DNA of 64,000 nucleotides from Octopus sinensis (lineage: Eukaryota): positions 1-64,000 of the forward strand of contig NC_043002.1 in the NCBI RefSeq assembly GCF_006345805.1, in the 5' to 3' direction. This document shows positions 61,096-64,000 of the stretch, one piece after another. A program made the translations under genes and the position numbers. The notes below the pieces were generated by a model. It had not been told where the DNA came from and searched no databases. It saw only the letters and a program-made list of their open reading frames with translations. Every line of letters begins with the position of its first letter. Within the stretch, counting starts at the first letter, position 1.

Positions 61096-62030
61096 CAGAC
61101 AATGTCTGCATCAGTTGTCTCATTTTACAGCTCTTCCTGCATCTCTGTCCCTTTTGTGCATCAGGTACTTGGTTGATATTTCCTGTTCCTGGATTGCAAA
61201 CACATACTCTTCAAAGTGGGAAGTAGTAATCCAGCTATTGTTCCATGATAGACTGCTTTGGTGATCGGTGTTACTCTCATCTCGGAGCTTTCTACTGACA
61301 TATCCATGCATTGTCTCCTGCTCATATAGGCTCATCTTTTCATCTGATGATACGTTGCAGTTGAGCCGTGTGATTTCTCTGAGCATGCCTTCTCGGTTAT
61401 CAGACAAAGAATGTTGCTCAAGGAGCTGCATCTCCAAGTTTTATGATGTTATCAGCCTCATCTATGCAAACTTGGTCAAGGGATGCACTCTGACAGTTGG
61501 TGGTTAAAAGATGTCGCCAAGGGGATGTGATGCGTCATTCAAAGGCATTTTAGATCAATATTAAGCCTCTGCCACCTTGTTTTCGTTTTAGGTAGAGGCA
61601 GTCTACATCACATCCAGCCAAGCAGCCCAAATGTTGGTATGAGTACTGGCACTGCAAACACATTGTGGGCCACTGTTTTCTTGAATGCAGAGAGTTCTGA
61701 GGCCCAAATTTTCTTTATTTGTCTGTAATACTCTTTAGTGACACATGTTTTGTTACAAGTGCCTTTGTAAGATATGTTTTCATCCACCCTTAGATACCTA
61801 TGACATTCCTCATCAGATATAGGGGAAACAGTTAAGTCATTGATGGAGATGTTGCTAGTCTACTCTACAATTTTCCTTCCTTTCACAGTCATATAGCAAC
61901 ATTTATCCTGACCAAACTCCAACCCTACATCCTTTGAGAATGTTGTAACCAGGTCAAGGCTCTTTTTCATCTCATGCATATTCTTTGCATAAAGTTTCAA
62001 GTCATCCACAAAGAAACATACAAAGAAATG
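61096..62030 (-). mobile_element. R4/Dong-like RT C-terminal region up to the first CxxC of the zinc knuckle
   Basis: FVDDLKLY, GLEFGQDKC, YRYLG-like, GGRGL, FAIQEQEI.TK and CRHC motifs. Confidence 0.85.
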
Positions 62031-62124
62031 TATGTATGTATGCATGTATGTGTTTATTTATGTATGTATGTATGTATGTATGTATGTTGACTGATATTCT
62101 TTGTGTTCTTTATTTTATTCAAAG

Positions 62125-62206
62125 TGTTACAATTCAAGCACGTGTAGAAATGGAAGACAATGACCAATTCTCAAAAATACCAGTCTACACAGCCTTTGCT
62201 ATCAAG
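62125..62206 (+). CDS. Host gene exon: VWD domain (SVTIQARVEMEDNDQFSKIPVYTAFAIK)
   Basis: tcaaag acceptor, gtaaaa donor, 82 bp, phase 2-0. IQ(A/G)R....T.F.A.A.K VWD pattern. Confidence 0.8.
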
Positions 62207-62479
62207 GTAAAAATCTTCATTCATTTATATTCAACACAAGCATTTTTTTCACCTTTAAAGGGAGACAGGGGCAACTGAACTGACCGCCATCTATTTTAGT
62301 TTCGACTCTAAACTGAGAAACAGTAAAATCAGCTTTTGTAAGAGTTCAGAGATAAATCTGAAGATTTTGAATCCAAAACTCCAAAGTTCTTCACTACTTC
62401 TAGTGAGAATAATAAAAATTGTTTTTTTTTGATTATCATTAATGGAGGTGAAAAATTCCTCTGACACTAATTCTTTCTA

Positions 62480-62660
62480 ATTTTTGGCACATGGCTAGCA
62501 GTTTTGAAGGGAGCAGTTTACATTGTCCCCAGTATTTGACTGGTACTTGTTTTATTTACTTTGAATTGAAGAAAGGCAAAGTGGACCTCAGAATCTAAAG
62601 ACAGACAAACTGCTGCCAAACATTGCATCTAGTATGCTAAGAATTCTGCCAGTTTATCAC
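62480..62660 (-). mobile_element. Decayed Nin-domain SINE
   Basis: ccccagtatttgactggtacttgttttattt..gaaaggcaaagtggacctc. Confidence 0.7.
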
Positions 62661-62799
62661 CTTCATGGTGATGATGATGATGATGATAATAATCATCATC
62701 ACCACCATCATCGTCGTTTAACGTCCACTTTCCATGCTAGCATGGTTTGGACAATTTGACTGAGGATTGGCGAACCAGATGGCTGCATCAGGCTCCATT

Positions 62800-64000
62800 C
62801 TTGGTGATATTAGAAATACACTTTCCTTGAATAGAACTCCTCCTTCTACAAAAAAGGATGTAAAAAGGGATTCCTATGGGTACAAAGACCAATTGCTCAT
62901 AAAATAGAATGATTTTAGAAAATAGCTACATCAAAAGCAAAAGCCTGGATCGATTACAGGAAAGTATTTGGTAGTGTCCTACATAAATGGGTACTCAAAG
63001 CCCTTGATATATATAGACATTTATATATAAGAATTTTTTGCGTAATGAGATAAAAAAAGCCAAGGCTGTATAGATATTAGAGCATTTATAGATAGGTCTT
63101 ACAGCTGTTTCTAGGATATTTATTAATAATATCCCTTCATCGGAGATGGTGTGAGAGGAAAAATTAAGTCATAGTTAGTTTAGTAGATGTGATACAAAAT
63201 AGAGAGTGAGGTGGAGGAAAGAAAATAGATGCAAGATATGTATGGGTATTGAATTTGTAAATCCGTTTTATAGGCATAATGGTATATATGCAATATTCAA
63301 ATATCCTTTGAGTAAAATCCAAAAGTCCAACAGAGTTTAATATGAGTCCTTCCATATATATATATATACAGATATATAGATATAGATATAATCTCTCCTG
63401 TAATTTCCAAATTCTCATGAAATTGTATGGCCAAATGGAACACATATTTTTATAAACCATAGAAAGTGAGTGAGCCAATCTAATAGCATCCACATCAAAC
63501 GCCTTTTTCAAGATGACTCCCTCGTCCCATTACTTTCTGCATGGCACTGATCCCACTCTTTAATGAATTGAACAGCACTGAATATGGCTACAAAATTATT
63601 AAGAAGATCATGAACCATCTTTTCTACATGGACAATTTGAAGTTGTTTGCAATGAATGGCAAAGAACTCGGTCTGTGTGAGAGTTTAGCAGTGACATTGG
63701 GTTGGTGGACTTTGATAAGTCTGCTAAAGCAACTTCTGTAAGAGGCAAGCTCAGAGAAAGGATGTCCATTAAATCAGGTATCAGCGTTACCATCGAAGAT
63801 TTTGACCCACAAGAAACTTATAAATACCTGTGTATAAATGAAAGAGATGGCATACATCATAGCACTATGAAGGAAAAGATAAGCAACAAATACTACAGGA
63901 GAATAAGACTCAAACTGAACTCTAAGAATTGCATTGAAGCCATCATCAGCCTGGCAATCACAGTCGTCCAGTACAGTTTTAATATTATTAATTGGAATCA
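62800..64000 (+). mobile_element. Decayed R4/Dong-like RT fragment, running off the window
   Basis: KGCK..SYG.KDQLLI, AWIDY.K.F.SV.H.W, FQDDSL.PLLFC, HLFYMD.LKLF and ETYKYL motifs. Confidence 0.82.

Overview
Eukaryotic, repeat-saturated animal DNA; the SINE families, (TA)n/(TATG)n arrays and LINE repertoire point to an octopus/coleoid cephalopod (inference). One host gene crosses the window on the + strand. I can phase-link 10 coding exons (17618-62206, 1,559 bp in total) encoding three Ca-binding EGF repeats followed by NIDO, AMOP and the start of a VWD domain (MUC4/SUSD2/Mesh-like extracellular protein). It runs off both ends of the window. Everything else is intronic mobile DNA: CR1/L2-group LINEs, RTE LINEs and many of their 3' tails, R4/Dong-like elements in (TAA)n, two Gypsy LTR elements, Penelope-like relics, a mariner foldback, a Helitron, an 8-bp-TSD MITE and tRNA-derived SINEs. 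The most notable observations are: (1) a ~490-bp tandem repeat at the window start in which each unit carries a type I hammerhead ribozyme (retrozyme/pLTR-like), folded back into a ~700-bp palindrome; (2) further hammerhead motifs from unrelated repeat families; (3) a young Gypsy element whose primer-binding site is complementary to the first 12 nt of tRNA-Phe rather than to a tRNA 3' end; (4) an in-frame junction of an R4/Dong-type RT region to a Penelope-type GIY-YIG endonuclease that ends in a (TAA)n tail. All structure and homology calls were made by eye and still need computational confirmation.
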